A stretch of 64,000 bases of DNA from IMG/VR virus record IMGVR_UViG_3300034157_000063, one strand, 5' to 3'. The notes beneath the pieces are model-generated. The model did no database searches and was not told where the DNA came from. It saw nothing but the letters and a program-made list of their open reading frames with translations. This document shows positions 9,562 through 19,716 of the stretch, piece by piece; the stretch's first letter is position 1, and every line of letters begins with the position of its first letter. The DNA comes from a virus (Duplodnaviria; Heunggongvirae; Uroviricota; Caudoviricetes). A program made the translations under genes and the position numbers.

Positions 9562-11046
9562 ATGTCAATTCTCAAAGGTAAAAAGAAAGATGAAGTCAGC
9601 GAAAAGGGTGAAGAACTGTCACCAATTTTGCAGGCTGTAAAAGAACGTACCAAGCCTTATACGCCAGAAGAAATTGCAATTGTTGAAGACAAAATCTATC
9701 AGGCTCGTTCAAACTTTCTTATGCGTCAACCGTTCTTCGGCATCATGGCGATGAACCTTGAGCTTGTGGATGCGTCCAAATGGCTTGTAACGGCTGCTAC
9801 CGATGGTAAACACTTCTACTACAACGTAGGTTTCTTCCTCTTGCTTGAACCAGAAGAAATTCAGTTCGTGTATGGTCACGAAATCCTTCACGTTGCTTAC
9901 GACCACTTTGGCCGTGCCATTGCGACCGTGAACGACTACGACCACTACGTTGAAAACGATATGACGTTTGACGAAAAAATTCGCCTTCATGCGAAGTTGG
10001 CTAACATTGCCGCAGACTTCTGTGTAAACCGCGACTTGGTGACTTGCAAAGTGGGTACCCTTATCCGTAAAGAAGTTATCAAATTGTTCTACGATAAAAA
10101 GTATGACGATATGAGCATGGAAGAAATTTACAAAGAATTGTTGAAAGACCCTAACGCGGGCCAGAACGGCACTACGCTTGATGACCACTCGGTTGGTACG
10201 GGTATTCAGCAAGAAGGTAACGAAAAACGTAAAGCTGACCCTAATGGCGAAGGTGAAGGCGAAGGCGAAGGTGAAGGCGGTGAAAAAAGCGAAGGTGGTG
10301 CTGACTTCAAACCTCGTGACTTGACACCAGAAGAACGTGAAGAAATTATGCGTGACTTCAAAGATCGTATGATTAACGCCTACGACCAACAGAAGGACAA
10401 CGAAGAAGCTCGCCGTTCATCCGGTGGTTCTGACGCGGGTTCCTTGCCTGCTGACTTGGAGCGTTTGATTGAACGTATGCGTCGTCCAGAGATTAACTGG
10501 CGTCAATACATCCGCACTCGCATTACTTCATTGTTCCGCGAGAGTGACGATTGGAGCCGTCCGTCACGCCGTTCTTTCGATGGCGAATTCATTATGCCGG
10601 GTTTCCGTCAAATTGAAAAAGTGGACATTCACATTGCAATCGACTGTTCCGGTTCCATTGGTGAAGTTGAAATGGCAGACTTCTTGTCAGAGATTGCCGG
10701 TATTACTCAGCAATACAAACGCGACTTTAAACTTCGCATTTGGACATTTGATGGTAAAGTGTATCCACAAAGCTTGAAAGAATACACACCTTCAAACATT
10801 CGTAGTTTGCCTAAATACGAGTTCTTTGGTGGTGGTGGCACATCTTTCCTTGCTAACTGGGCGTTCATGCGTGAAAAGCGTATCAAACCTAAGCTTTTCA
10901 TCATGTTCACTGACGGTTACACTGGTGATGGTTTTGGCGTGCCGAACTTCTGTGATACCATTTATGTGGTTAACACCGAAGTGATTATTCCAAAAGAATA
11001 CGGTGCAACAATTCGCTACAAACCGCGTTCACAACAAGCCTACTAA
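9562..11046 (+). CDS. DUF2201-type putative metallopeptidase with C-terminal VWA domain (paralog 2)
   Basis: TAATDG, HExxH (GHEILHVAYDH), NIAADFCVN, G/E-rich linker, INWRQYI, MIDAS IDCSGSI, GGGT, FTDG. Confidence 0.9.
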   Translation: MSILKGKKKDEVSEKGEELSPILQAVKERTKPYTPEEIAIVEDKIYQARSNFLMRQPFFGIMAMNLELVDASKWLVTAATDGKHFYYNVGFFLLLEPEEIQFVYGHEILHVAYDHFGRAIATVNDYDHYVENDMTFDEKIRLHAKLANIAADFCVNRDLVTCKVGTLIRKEVIKLFYDKKYDDMSMEEIYKELLKDPNAGQNGTTLDDHSVGTGIQQEGNEKRKADPNGEGEGEGEGEGGEKSEGGADFKPRDLTPEEREEIMRDFKDRMINAYDQQKDNEEARRSSGGSDAGSLPADLERLIERMRRPEINWRQYIRTRITSLFRESDDWSRPSRRSFDGEFIMPGFRQIEKVDIHIAIDCSGSIGEVEMADFLSEIAGITQQYKRDFKLRIWTFDGKVYPQSLKEYTPSNIRSLPKYEFFGGGGTSFLANWAFMREKRIKPKLFIMFTDGYTGDGFGVPNFCDTIYVVNTEVIIPKEYGATIRYKPRSQQAY

Positions 11047-11151
11047 GGTTTGAGTTACAGAAAAGGTCGCTTTCGAGCGACTTTTTTATTGCCTATGAAA
11101 AAGTATTATGGTATAATCCTACCATCTAAAATGATAGTGAAAGGTGCATTG

Positions 11152-11808
11152 ATGAAAGAGATTAGCAAGATTGACAAGTCCACACAAAAGAAAATCGGTG
11201 ATTTTCTGATGACCAACTATGGCTATGAAAAAATTGGCTACACACAAGGCAAAGCGAAATCTTACTTCATGTGTGGTTCTGATTTGTTGGAAGTGTCTCG
11301 CCGTCCTTTGATTGGTGCTGGTAAAGACGTATTCCACTATTCAATTTCATCCAATAGCCAGAGCTTGACAAAGAACTTCATTAAAAACCAGAAGGTTGTT
11401 GATTTTATCTTTAATGCCATTCGTGACATTAACGGTCTGAAGTATGATGTTGTGAGTAATGATAACCAAACTATTTCTCGTATCAAGGTCATTGATTTTG
11501 TTATTCATGCTTTTGAAGGCCGTCTAGAAGACTTCCAGAGTGAGTATAAGCCAAGTGTAGGCTTTTGGGTGTCCACCACAGGGAGTGAACGACTATCGTA
11601 TGTTATCGTTCATGCTGATGGCCGTGTGAACTATGCAGGTGCTGAAATCACAGCTAAGCAGTTTGGTGAATACTTGATTAATGATTATGCCGCTTACATT
11701 GCAAAGATTGATGAATTTTTTGAGCATGATGGTCAACACAAGACGTTTGATGAACGTGTCGATGACTTAAAGAATACAATGATGACAAAAGAAATGTTTG
11801 CAATTTGA
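11152..11808 (+). CDS. hypothetical protein (weak C-terminal motif ..TKEMFAI)
   Basis: Start moved to ATG 11152 after AAAGGTG, because the ORF-track start overlaps a terminator hairpin. Confidence 0.7.
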   Translation: MKEISKIDKSTQKKIGDFLMTNYGYEKIGYTQGKAKSYFMCGSDLLEVSRRPLIGAGKDVFHYSISSNSQSLTKNFIKNQKVVDFIFNAIRDINGLKYDVVSNDNQTISRIKVIDFVIHAFEGRLEDFQSEYKPSVGFWVSTTGSERLSYVIVHADGRVNYAGAEITAKQFGEYLINDYAAYIAKIDEFFEHDGQHKTFDERVDDLKNTMMTKEMFAI

Positions 11809-11835
11809 TAATTTTCAATATGTATCTTTTACAAT

Positions 11836-12468
11836 TTATTTATTTGAAAAATAGTTAAAATATCTATATTTTTTATATAGAGGATAATTTGATTCTAAAG
11901 TTTTTTCACAAAACCCGAATAGTTTAGTCGTGCCTATGCTAACATGTGCTTCGGAAACTTCTATAAGTGTTATATTGTTTTTCAGATCTCTCAATCCTTG
12001 AACTTGTGGCTCATCTGTTCTTTTAAAATAATTTTTTGCATACATGGTATATTGGGATTTGATCTCTCCATTTTCATTTTTTTCCCAGTAATAACATGGA
12101 TCATCATTTGTCATATTATTATAAGTAATACATTGTTTATCTTTTTTGTCATCTGTGGCATATACAGTATAAATATTTTCTTCGAATTTTACTTCAATAA
12201 AATCATGTTGACCAACTATAAATGGTATAATTGGACATTTTGATTTTCTACAATCCATTTGTTCGTCAAAATCTAATAAATAACTTTTTATTTTTTTATC
12301 TTTTTTAAGTTGTTCATATTCATTTAATTTTTGTTCGTTAACTGTAAAATAAGTATTGTCTTTTGTGCAATCCCTAGTTATTATTTCGTCAATGGGTGGA
12401 ATTTGAGCATTGGCATTGGCATATGCTGTAACCATTAATGTAAATGATAGTAAAGAGATTTTTTTCAT
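11836..12468 (-). CDS. exported Cys-containing protein
   Basis: Signal peptide MKKISLLSFTLMVTAYA; several Cys residues. Confidence 0.65.
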   Translation of the reverse strand: MKKISLLSFTLMVTAYANANAQIPPIDEIITRDCTKDNTYFTVNEQKLNEYEQLKKDKKIKSYLLDFDEQMDCRKSKCPIIPFIVGQHDFIEVKFEENIYTVYATDDKKDKQCITYNNMTNDDPCYYWEKNENGEIKSQYTMYAKNYFKRTDEPQVQGLRDLKNNITLIEVSEAHVSIGTTKLFGFCEKTLESNYPLYKKYRYFNYFSNK

Positions 12469-12598
12469 AATAAAGTTGATGTTTATATCACCAATATAAT
12501 AAATAAAAAAAGAAATTCAAGTAAATATATTTTTTTATAATCTCTTTTATTTTATAGTTATAATGTTAGTATGAATGTAACAACAATATTTTAATGGA

Positions 12599-12982
12599 AT
12601 GAAAAATATAATCGGCGGATCTATCTTAGTCTTATTGGCTGGTTGTTCAAGTAATCAGGTCAACACCACTATGTATAATTTACATTCAATAAAAGGTAAG
12701 GAAGTTATTTGTTACCAACAAGAAGAAGCTACAAGGCTTGTAAAAATGGGATTTACTGCCAGTGGTAAAGGTGATCAAGCTTTGATATTAGGTAATTCTA
12801 TTAAGCAGTCAAAGTGTAAAATTGTTGAAAGAGAACATGTAAGGAAAACAGGTGACCTTGTTATATTCCCTATCACTGACGAATTCCCTGAATCATTCAG
12901 AGGCGTTAAAAAAGCCGTTTACAAAGTTAATTATGAAAACAGCAGTTACTGGCTCGTGCCTACTGGTGGATCTAGAAATTGA
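12599..12982 (+). CDS. putative lipoprotein
   Basis: Lipobox LAGC after a hydrophobic leader. Confidence 0.7.
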   Translation: MKNIIGGSILVLLAGCSSNQVNTTMYNLHSIKGKEVICYQQEEATRLVKMGFTASGKGDQALILGNSIKQSKCKIVEREHVRKTGDLVIFPITDEFPESFRGVKKAVYKVNYENSSYWLVPTGGSRN

Positions 12983-13041
12983 TTGTAATCAACACCTATC
13001 TATGTTAAAATAAGCCATCTTTACAAAGAGGCTTTTTTATT

Positions 13042-13662
13042 ATGTCACTATTCTTATTTGTTGTGTTTGCCTGCATTGCTATTCCAATGCAATTCCTATT
13101 GAATTACAAATTGACTCCCGATTTTTCAAATTCCTATTTGATTAAAAGTCTTATACCAACTGTTGCGTTGGCAATTGCTGCAATAATTGAATACACCTAT
13201 TTTACTAGTACAGTGTTTGCTTTGCTCTTTGCTTTTTCAATGGGCTATATCTTTCTTAAATTATTGATGTTTGCAGCCATCACATCATATGTTATTTTGA
13301 CTGATAAAATTGAGAGTGATAGCCTTCCATCCATGAAGTTGTTTTTAAAGAACCTTAAAGTGAGAAGCTTTTATTTTTCGAAAGGCAACTCTAATATTTA
13401 TTTTCTCAACAACGATGGTGTGAATATTTACTTCGACAAATACAGTTCTGAATTTGATACGCTTTCAAATGCTCATGTGACGTATTTTGCTAACTCTCTT
13501 GTTGATGATAGCTATAAGAAAATAGAACTTAATAAATTTGTCATCCTTAATGTTAAGGAACGGTTCATGTCTGTTTCGTCAGAAGAACTAAAAACGCTTG
13601 ATGTCCCCATTGAGAAAATCACCAAAGAACATTTTGATTTGTTGCAGATGATGAAAATTTAA
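13042..13662 (+). CDS. membrane protein, tandem paralog 1 of 3
   Basis: About 3 N-terminal TM segments, shared NIYF..NGVNIYFD motif, C-terminus DLLQMMKI. Confidence 0.8.
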   Translation: MSLFLFVVFACIAIPMQFLLNYKLTPDFSNSYLIKSLIPTVALAIAAIIEYTYFTSTVFALLFAFSMGYIFLKLLMFAAITSYVILTDKIESDSLPSMKLFLKNLKVRSFYFSKGNSNIYFLNNDGVNIYFDKYSSEFDTLSNAHVTYFANSLVDDSYKKIELNKFVILNVKERFMSVSSEELKTLDVPIEKITKEHFDLLQMMKI

Positions 13663-13681
13663 CATTAGCTTAGAGGTTATT

Positions 13682-14296
13682 ATGTCACTTGAAATATTTC
13701 TGATTGTTCTCTTTGTCGGTCTACCAGCTTATATATTCTGTAATTATAAATTTGCGTCTCAATTTACTAATGCTTACTTATATAGAAAGTTGGCTGGACA
13801 AGCTATTCTTGTGGTATTGTCATTTGCTGAATATTTATATTTTAACTCATTGGTGATGGGTATCATATTTACATGTTTCATTGCATGGGAGTTATTACAA
13901 GTTATTGGTGTTTTAAGTATTATTGCTTTCATTACATTTACAGGAAAAGTAGATAAAAGAGAGTCTAAAATTTTTACCTTATTCTTTACTCGTTTAAAAA
14001 TGAGAAGCCTTTTTAAAGTGAACTCTAATATTTATTTTTTCAAGAATAACGGGGTTAACATCTATTTTGACAGTGCCAGTGATAATTATCAGTCGTTGTC
14101 AGAATATTCTCTTAGGCTATTTAAAGACAGTCTCAAAGAAGAAAAGTCGAAAAACATTTCATTTGATGATTTCTTAGTATTGAATTATGATGACAACTAT
14201 ATTTCGGTGTCTTCTGCTGATTTGCAACTCATTGATGTGGATATATTCAATATGGATAGAAGTCATTTTGATGTGTTAAGTATGTTAAAAATATGA
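13682..14296 (+). CDS. membrane protein, tandem paralog 2 of 3
   Basis: Aligns by eye with 13042; C-terminus DVLSMLKI. Confidence 0.8.
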   Translation: MSLEIFLIVLFVGLPAYIFCNYKFASQFTNAYLYRKLAGQAILVVLSFAEYLYFNSLVMGIIFTCFIAWELLQVIGVLSIIAFITFTGKVDKRESKIFTLFFTRLKMRSLFKVNSNIYFFKNNGVNIYFDSASDNYQSLSEYSLRLFKDSLKEEKSKNISFDDFLVLNYDDNYISVSSADLQLIDVDIFNMDRSHFDVLSMLKI

Positions 14297-14361
14297 TATT
14301 TTAATACTGGTGTATATGGCTGATATTTGTTATAATAAAGCCACTTATCTTAGAGGGGATT

Positions 14362-14988
14362 TTGATGACATTTTCATTTGTGGCAGCCATTACAGTCATT
14401 GTCCAATTTCTAGTTGGTGTTTTGGAATACAAATATCCGAAGTCGTTGACACATGGACTAATGATAAAAAGGCTTATACCACTGGCGTTTGTCTCTGTTT
14501 TGGCATTGATGGAATATGTATTGACTGGGTACCATTATTTTACTTACTTCTTGGGTGCGTGTCTTGGCTTTATGTTTCTTGCTACGCTTGGTGATGTGTG
14601 TAAATATTTTTATATTCTTAAGGCTAAACGAAAAGCTGATTTCAATGAGAATACAACAGACGCACTATTCTACTTGAATTGGAAGATTAAAAATTTCTGT
14701 TCAACCGACCAAGTGTCTAGAACGTTTTTCTTCAAACAAGATGGTCTTACTGTTTTTTTTGGAGAACCAGATTCTTCATTTGAAGCAATGGATAAGACAA
14801 AATTGCAATTGTTTAAAGACAGTCTTACACAATCAACGATGGGTCACATTAAATTTGGTGGATTTTTAGTTATCAAAAATAAAGATGATTATATCTCATT
14901 GTCGTCTGATGAATTTCAACTGTTCAACGTGCCAATTACAAAAATTAATCAAGATACTTTTAAAGCAATTGAAATGATTAAAATTTGA
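14362..14988 (+). CDS. membrane protein, tandem paralog 3 of 3
   Basis: LQLFKDSL..F..FLV....YISLSS motif shared with both neighbours; C-terminus AIEMIKI. Confidence 0.8.
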   Translation: MMTFSFVAAITVIVQFLVGVLEYKYPKSLTHGLMIKRLIPLAFVSVLALMEYVLTGYHYFTYFLGACLGFMFLATLGDVCKYFYILKAKRKADFNENTTDALFYLNWKIKNFCSTDQVSRTFFFKQDGLTVFFGEPDSSFEAMDKTKLQLFKDSLTQSTMGHIKFGGFLVIKNKDDYISLSSDEFQLFNVPITKINQDTFKAIEMIKI

Positions 14989-15062
14989 GTTTATTTTCAA
15001 AATAACCTTCAGTTTTGCATTTAATTATGGTATAATATTAAGATTAACTTTTGGGGTGTATT

Positions 15063-15623
15063 ATGTTTGAAGCAGAAGAAATAGGCGAAAAAATCATGCT
15101 CGAAAAAGCTTCAGAGATCTCCGAAATTCGTGGGTTTTCTGGTGATTTTAGGTGGTTGTCTAACTTTTTCCCTATTGAACCCTTTGAATACGATGGACTT
15201 ACATACTTCACCACTGAAAACTATTATCAAGCGATGAAGACCAAAGATAAGGAAGAACGTAAACTTATTGCTGCTATGACGCCCAACAAATCAAAACGTT
15301 ATGCATCTTCTCACAACTTGAAGTTTGTGGTTCGTGATGATTGGGATTACATTAAGCTTGAAGTGATGGAATTCGCCCTTCGTCGTAAGTTCTCACAACC
15401 TAAGTTTAAAGAATTCTTGCTCGCTACTCGTGATATCTTCATTGAAGAAACGAACAGTTGGGGTGATGTTTTCTGGGGTGCTTTACCATCCGGGGAAGGC
15501 TTTAACAACCTTGGGCTTATCATTATGAAACTAAGGCAAGAACTCCGCGATGGAAAAGACTTGCTTGATTACAAACCAGAGATCGCTAAGCTGTTAAAAA
15601 AAAAGTCAAAATCCCAACCATAG
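15063..15623 (+). CDS. NADAR family protein (YbiA/Scy-like)
   Basis: WLSNFF, ENYYQAMK, DWDYIKLEVM..KF, LLAT..IEE..D.FWG..G.N.LG..IMKLR. Confidence 0.9.
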   Translation: MFEAEEIGEKIMLEKASEISEIRGFSGDFRWLSNFFPIEPFEYDGLTYFTTENYYQAMKTKDKEERKLIAAMTPNKSKRYASSHNLKFVVRDDWDYIKLEVMEFALRRKFSQPKFKEFLLATRDIFIEETNSWGDVFWGALPSGEGFNNLGLIIMKLRQELRDGKDLLDYKPEIAKLLKKKSKSQP

Positions 15624-15625
15624 CA

Positions 15626-15931
15626 GTGAATAAAAAGCTTGAACCCTTTGATGTCTATATTGGACGTGGATCTAAATTTGGAAACCCATTCAGTATTTAT
15701 ACAGGTGAGTATACGCTTGAACAATCTATGTTTACATTTGAATACGAAATATCCAAAAAGCTTATTCTTGATAAAGAATTTCGAGCTGATGTTTTAGCCT
15801 TACGTGGTAAAAGACTAGGCTGCACTTGTAAAAAATGCCGTTCCGACCAAGACGCTTTTGCGACAGATTTAACGGATTGTCATGGTGAGTTCTATGCCAA
15901 CTTTCTTAATTCTCTTGAAGGTCTTGTTTGA
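15626..15931 (+). CDS. DUF4326-like protein
   Basis: VYIGRGSKFGNPF, LRGKRLGC.C and CHG motifs. Confidence 0.8.
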   Translation: MNKKLEPFDVYIGRGSKFGNPFSIYTGEYTLEQSMFTFEYEISKKLILDKEFRADVLALRGKRLGCTCKKCRSDQDAFATDLTDCHGEFYANFLNSLEGLV

Positions 15932-15942
15932 ATACAGTTATA

Positions 15943-15971
15943 TTGACAACAATCCTCGCTTTTGATATCAT
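15943..15971 (+). promoter_or_regulatory. sigma70-type promoter
   Basis: TTGACA-17-TATCAT. Confidence 0.75.
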
Positions 15972-16055
15972 AACCATTCGGAATGTAACTCAACTCTTCA
16001 TCATCTGGTATTGATAGTAGTCGATTGACACATTCCCACTTATTTTGGAGATATT

Positions 16056-16802
16056 ATGTCAGATCGCAACTTAGAATACCTTGTTAACTACATTGGCCCC
16101 GTTATTTTTGTCAAAAAGAAAAGCATTAAATACAAAGATAATAAGCGTGAAATCAATACATGTCCTAATAAGAAATGCACTGAGCATGGCAAAGAAGAAT
16201 CATCATTACACAGCAATTATTGTGTGAAATGTGGACATGAAATAGACTATATCATGACTAATACTGGCAAACAATATGAAATTTATCCTCTCAGTCTGGA
16301 CAATTCATTCGATGAATACTATGTGCCTATAACAAATAACCATTCTAATGGTGTTCATGCTTTTAATGAAGGCATTCAGTTGGCGAGTGATGAAGACGTT
16401 TATGTTCCCTATTTCAAAGAAGATGAGTATAATTATGGTATTATGGCTCATGTTGAACTCGGTAAGTATTGTCAAAATAAAGCATGTGAAGAGTTTGACG
16501 AATGTGTTCCATTTGAGCATGTCTACTGTGGCGAATGTGGCAAAAAGAATAAAGCACACAATGACAAAGATATTTACAGTGTTTTCGACAAGAAAAAAGC
16601 TAAGAAAATTCTTAAAGAATATGATCTTAAAACAAACTTATCGACTTGTGCATTTATTGCTAATTCTGATTTTGATGAATTTGTTCAAAAATTCCAAGAA
16701 TCAAAACAATGTAAAAAAGGTATTAAAACTATTGAAAAAGCCTATGGTGAAGGTTCAGCCATTGTGCGATTAGCTTATGTTCAATATCACCAAAATTATT
16801 AA
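16056..16802 (+). CDS. hypothetical protein with two double-zinc-ribbon-like Cys clusters
   Basis: CPNKKC..YCVKCG and YCQNKAC..YCGECG. Confidence 0.7.
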   Translation: MSDRNLEYLVNYIGPVIFVKKKSIKYKDNKREINTCPNKKCTEHGKEESSLHSNYCVKCGHEIDYIMTNTGKQYEIYPLSLDNSFDEYYVPITNNHSNGVHAFNEGIQLASDEDVYVPYFKEDEYNYGIMAHVELGKYCQNKACEEFDECVPFEHVYCGECGKKNKAHNDKDIYSVFDKKKAKKILKEYDLKTNLSTCAFIANSDFDEFVQKFQESKQCKKGIKTIEKAYGEGSAIVRLAYVQYHQNY

Positions 16803-16901
16803 ATAAAACAGTATTCAACACTAGAATATTATTAAAAAAGTATTGATATTCTAGTATTAAATGTTATAATACTCGGCTATAAACATAACAAAGGAGTTTA
16901 T

Positions 16902-17138
16902 ATGCAGCAACCAATTCTAATTCAAGAAGTATCTTATACAGGCTCCGTTGCTGATGGGGACGAAGCACCACAATACAAGGTAGATAATTTTGTCAACATT
17001 TACCTTGTAGAACGTGTTCGCCCCACTAAACGTCAAGAAGTGATGGCCGTTACTGTTACTGGTAAGGTTTCTTATGTTCTTCGTAAGGATATCGAACATT
17101 ATTTTCCAGATGAACAGGATACACCTGTTAAAATTTAA
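16902..17138 (+). CDS. small hypothetical protein
   Basis: AAGGAG SD and a promoter upstream. Confidence 0.7.
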   Translation: MQQPILIQEVSYTGSVADGDEAPQYKVDNFVNIYLVERVRPTKRQEVMAVTVTGKVSYVLRKDIEHYFPDEQDTPVKI

Positions 17139-17213
17139 GCAGACAGTTTAAATCTTTCATATTTTTATTGTTTGTGTTATAATGCCTGTATAAGATATAG
17201 AAGGTTAAATTTA

Positions 17214-18221
17214 ATGTTATTATATAGGCTAGACGCAATTAGAAACTACGTTGTTTCTAAATACAATAAACCCTACATTACTACGGAAGCTAGGAAAGAA
17301 GTCTCTGACTTCTTTTCTCCTAGTTACATGGTTGATCGTTATGAAATGAAAGAAATGCTTTTCGAAAATCATTACATGACCTCATTCCTTGTCAATGAAG
17401 ATGACATGATGAAACACGTCTTGAACTTTAACCTTAAATTTAATCAAAATGTTGCTGCTCATAAAGTCATGAAGTTTGCTGATGAATTTCAGCCTGAACA
17501 ATATCATGTCTATAAAGTAGATAGCTATCCTGTCAACTACAACGAAATTGTTGAAAATCATTACATGAATGAAAGCATTCAACATTTGATTACGTTGAAA
17601 AAAGAAGCGGTGCGTATTGATAAAGAACGTAAAACTTATTTCAATTCGATTATGATGGAAGACTTCCCAACAGATATTAAAACCAGTAAAGTTCTTTCAT
17701 TGGACTTTGAGTATGATCAAGACCAGATTTATGAGCTTGGACTCAGTGTATCTGACAATGGGGTTATTTTTGATAAGTATCTGATTACGAACCTTAAAAC
17801 AGGTAGCCGTGATAATCAGTTCCAATTTCAATTTGGTGAAACGAATATTGTGCCTATCCATACAATGGTGAATACACTTACACAATATCTATCTCAGGCT
17901 GATTACTTGCTTCTTCATGGTGGCTATAATGATATTGCTCTCTTAAATCGTTTTAATATTAAACTGGAAGATTTTCCAAATATTAAAGTGTTGGATACTT
18001 ATCATTTCTATCCTAAGTATTTCAATAACAACAGCCAAGACAATTCTACCTTGTTGGATATCTTAAATCGTTTCAGTGTTGATTATAAGCATTTGCATAA
18101 TGCGGGTAATGACGCTCATTATACGTTAGAACTTTTAATGAAGATGGATCATGCTATTGAAAATGGATTAACTGTCTCAAATCATCGAATTAAAAAGGTT
18201 AAAAGCTCAAATCAAATGTAA
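17214..18221 (+). CDS. DEDDh 3'-5' exonuclease family protein (paralog 1)
   Basis: ExoI SLDFEY, ExoII HGGYND, VLDT, ExoIII LHNAGNDAHYT. Confidence 0.85.
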   Translation: MLLYRLDAIRNYVVSKYNKPYITTEARKEVSDFFSPSYMVDRYEMKEMLFENHYMTSFLVNEDDMMKHVLNFNLKFNQNVAAHKVMKFADEFQPEQYHVYKVDSYPVNYNEIVENHYMNESIQHLITLKKEAVRIDKERKTYFNSIMMEDFPTDIKTSKVLSLDFEYDQDQIYELGLSVSDNGVIFDKYLITNLKTGSRDNQFQFQFGETNIVPIHTMVNTLTQYLSQADYLLLHGGYNDIALLNRFNIKLEDFPNIKVLDTYHFYPKYFNNNSQDNSTLLDILNRFSVDYKHLHNAGNDAHYTLELLMKMDHAIENGLTVSNHRIKKVKSSNQM

Positions 18222-18286
18222 ATTAAGGTTGTAATTAATTGATAATTTTAGTATAATAATACTATCCAGTTTAAGAAAAATTAATT

Positions 18287-19264
18287 ATGAACCTATATCG
18301 AATTTACTCAATCAAAGATGTCTTTATGAAGCAGTTCTCTCCTGATCTTAGGAAAATTGCTGCTCCATTTTTTCATCTGCAAAGTCTCTTCTCAAATCTT
18401 CACATTGAAAATTTGTATATGAGTACACACCACATCAATTCTATTTTGATTGACGAAGATGGCTTGTCAAAAATTCAGTTGTTTTCTAAAATGAAATTTG
18501 GCAAACATACAAGTCTTGCTGAGATTTCAAAAGAAGCTTGTGTCTATAATGAAGATGAATTCACAAAATTCAAAATCAATAACCCGCACGATGTGACGGC
18601 TATCATTAAAGATCATATGCGTCAGGATCATATTCAGAAAATTATTCGATTGAAAAAAGAATCGCTTCGGGAAGCTGCAGTTAAAAAAGAAATCTTGCGT
18701 TCACGTATTCATAATGATTATGACAAAAGCTTTCATAAAAAGAAAACAGTGTCTATTGATTTTGAATACATCAACCTTGATATTTTTGAGATAGGTATTT
18801 CCGTCTATGAGAATGGTCAACAATCAAGCTATCATTATTTGATTAAAGAAAACTATGTCAAAAAGAAAACTAAACCAGAATTGCAATTTATGTTTAATTT
18901 TGGAGACACTACTATTATTCCAGAAGCTTCTATTGCTTCCGTGATTAAAGAGCATCTGGTTGAAGCTGATTATCTTTTGCTTCATGGTCACAGTAATGAT
19001 TATTTAATTCTCAGAAAATACGGTCTGGATATGGAAAAAGAAGAAAAGATGAAAATCATGGATACTATTCTCTATTACAAGAAGTTCTTTAATCCAGAAC
19101 AAGGTGACGCTCTTACGTTGAAACGCATGTTGCATGTTTTTGATATTGAACCATCCAATATGCATAACAGTGGTAATGACGCAGACTTCACATTAAAACT
19201 GTTTGCTGAAATGCATAATCGTTGCGACAAAAGGATGAAGATGCTAATGAAATCTGTTGCTTAA
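18287..19264 (+). CDS. DEDDh 3'-5' exonuclease family protein (paralog 2)
   Basis: SIDFEY, HGHSND, IMDT, MHNSGNDADFT. Confidence 0.85.
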   Translation: MNLYRIYSIKDVFMKQFSPDLRKIAAPFFHLQSLFSNLHIENLYMSTHHINSILIDEDGLSKIQLFSKMKFGKHTSLAEISKEACVYNEDEFTKFKINNPHDVTAIIKDHMRQDHIQKIIRLKKESLREAAVKKEILRSRIHNDYDKSFHKKKTVSIDFEYINLDIFEIGISVYENGQQSSYHYLIKENYVKKKTKPELQFMFNFGDTTIIPEASIASVIKEHLVEADYLLLHGHSNDYLILRKYGLDMEKEEKMKIMDTILYYKKFFNPEQGDALTLKRMLHVFDIEPSNMHNSGNDADFTLKLFAEMHNRCDKRMKMLMKSVA

Positions 19265-19313
19265 ATAGTCTAATTTTGATATAATACTAACACAAATTTT
19301 GGAGATTAGTATT

Positions 19314-19706
19314 ATGTCAATTTTAAAAGATTCACTTAAAACCGCACTATTTAGTAAGTCTATGGCAATTCTTCTTGTCATGATACTTATCTTCCTTGGA
19401 GCTGTGGGCTATTTTATTGGATATCTTGCAACTTATAAAGAAACCCTTGTTTCAACTACGCCTGTTGAACTTAATATTATTAAAGTAACGAAGCAAAACG
19501 TTGATGGTAAATATAATGTTTACTATCGTTATAAAGACAATGAAACTACTTACGCACTTAAATTATCATCTTGTGTGATCAAACCAAAACTTGACGGCAC
19601 TGTTGTAAAGGCTGAAAACATTCAATACACTTATTCTACTGTCTTTAATGATGGTGCTGACAGTCGTTTATCTAAGCCTAGTCAACTCTTTTGCGTGCAG
19701 AAGTAA
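19314..19706 (+). CDS. membrane-anchored hypothetical protein
   Basis: One N-terminal TM segment; GGAG SD. Confidence 0.65.
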   Translation: MSILKDSLKTALFSKSMAILLVMILIFLGAVGYFIGYLATYKETLVSTTPVELNIIKVTKQNVDGKYNVYYRYKDNETTYALKLSSCVIKPKLDGTVVKAENIQYTYSTVFNDGADSRLSKPSQLFCVQK

Positions 19707-19716
19707 GGATAATTAT

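Noticed and set aside
10245-10300. GAAGG(T/C) short tandem repeats
   Set aside because: They encode the Gly-Glu linker of the VWA protein, so this is low-complexity coding sequence and not an array.
7912-10389. Long antisense ORFs (8242-8832, 9709-10389, 7912-8133) opposite the ATPase and VWA genes
   Set aside because: Shadow ORFs expected from strong codon bias on the sense strand; they have no SD, promoter or recognisable motif.
14310-14594. Alternative-frame same-strand ORFs (such as 14310-14594, 16348-16773, 10469-10777)
   Set aside because: They overlap better-supported genes and lack SD sequences or motifs.
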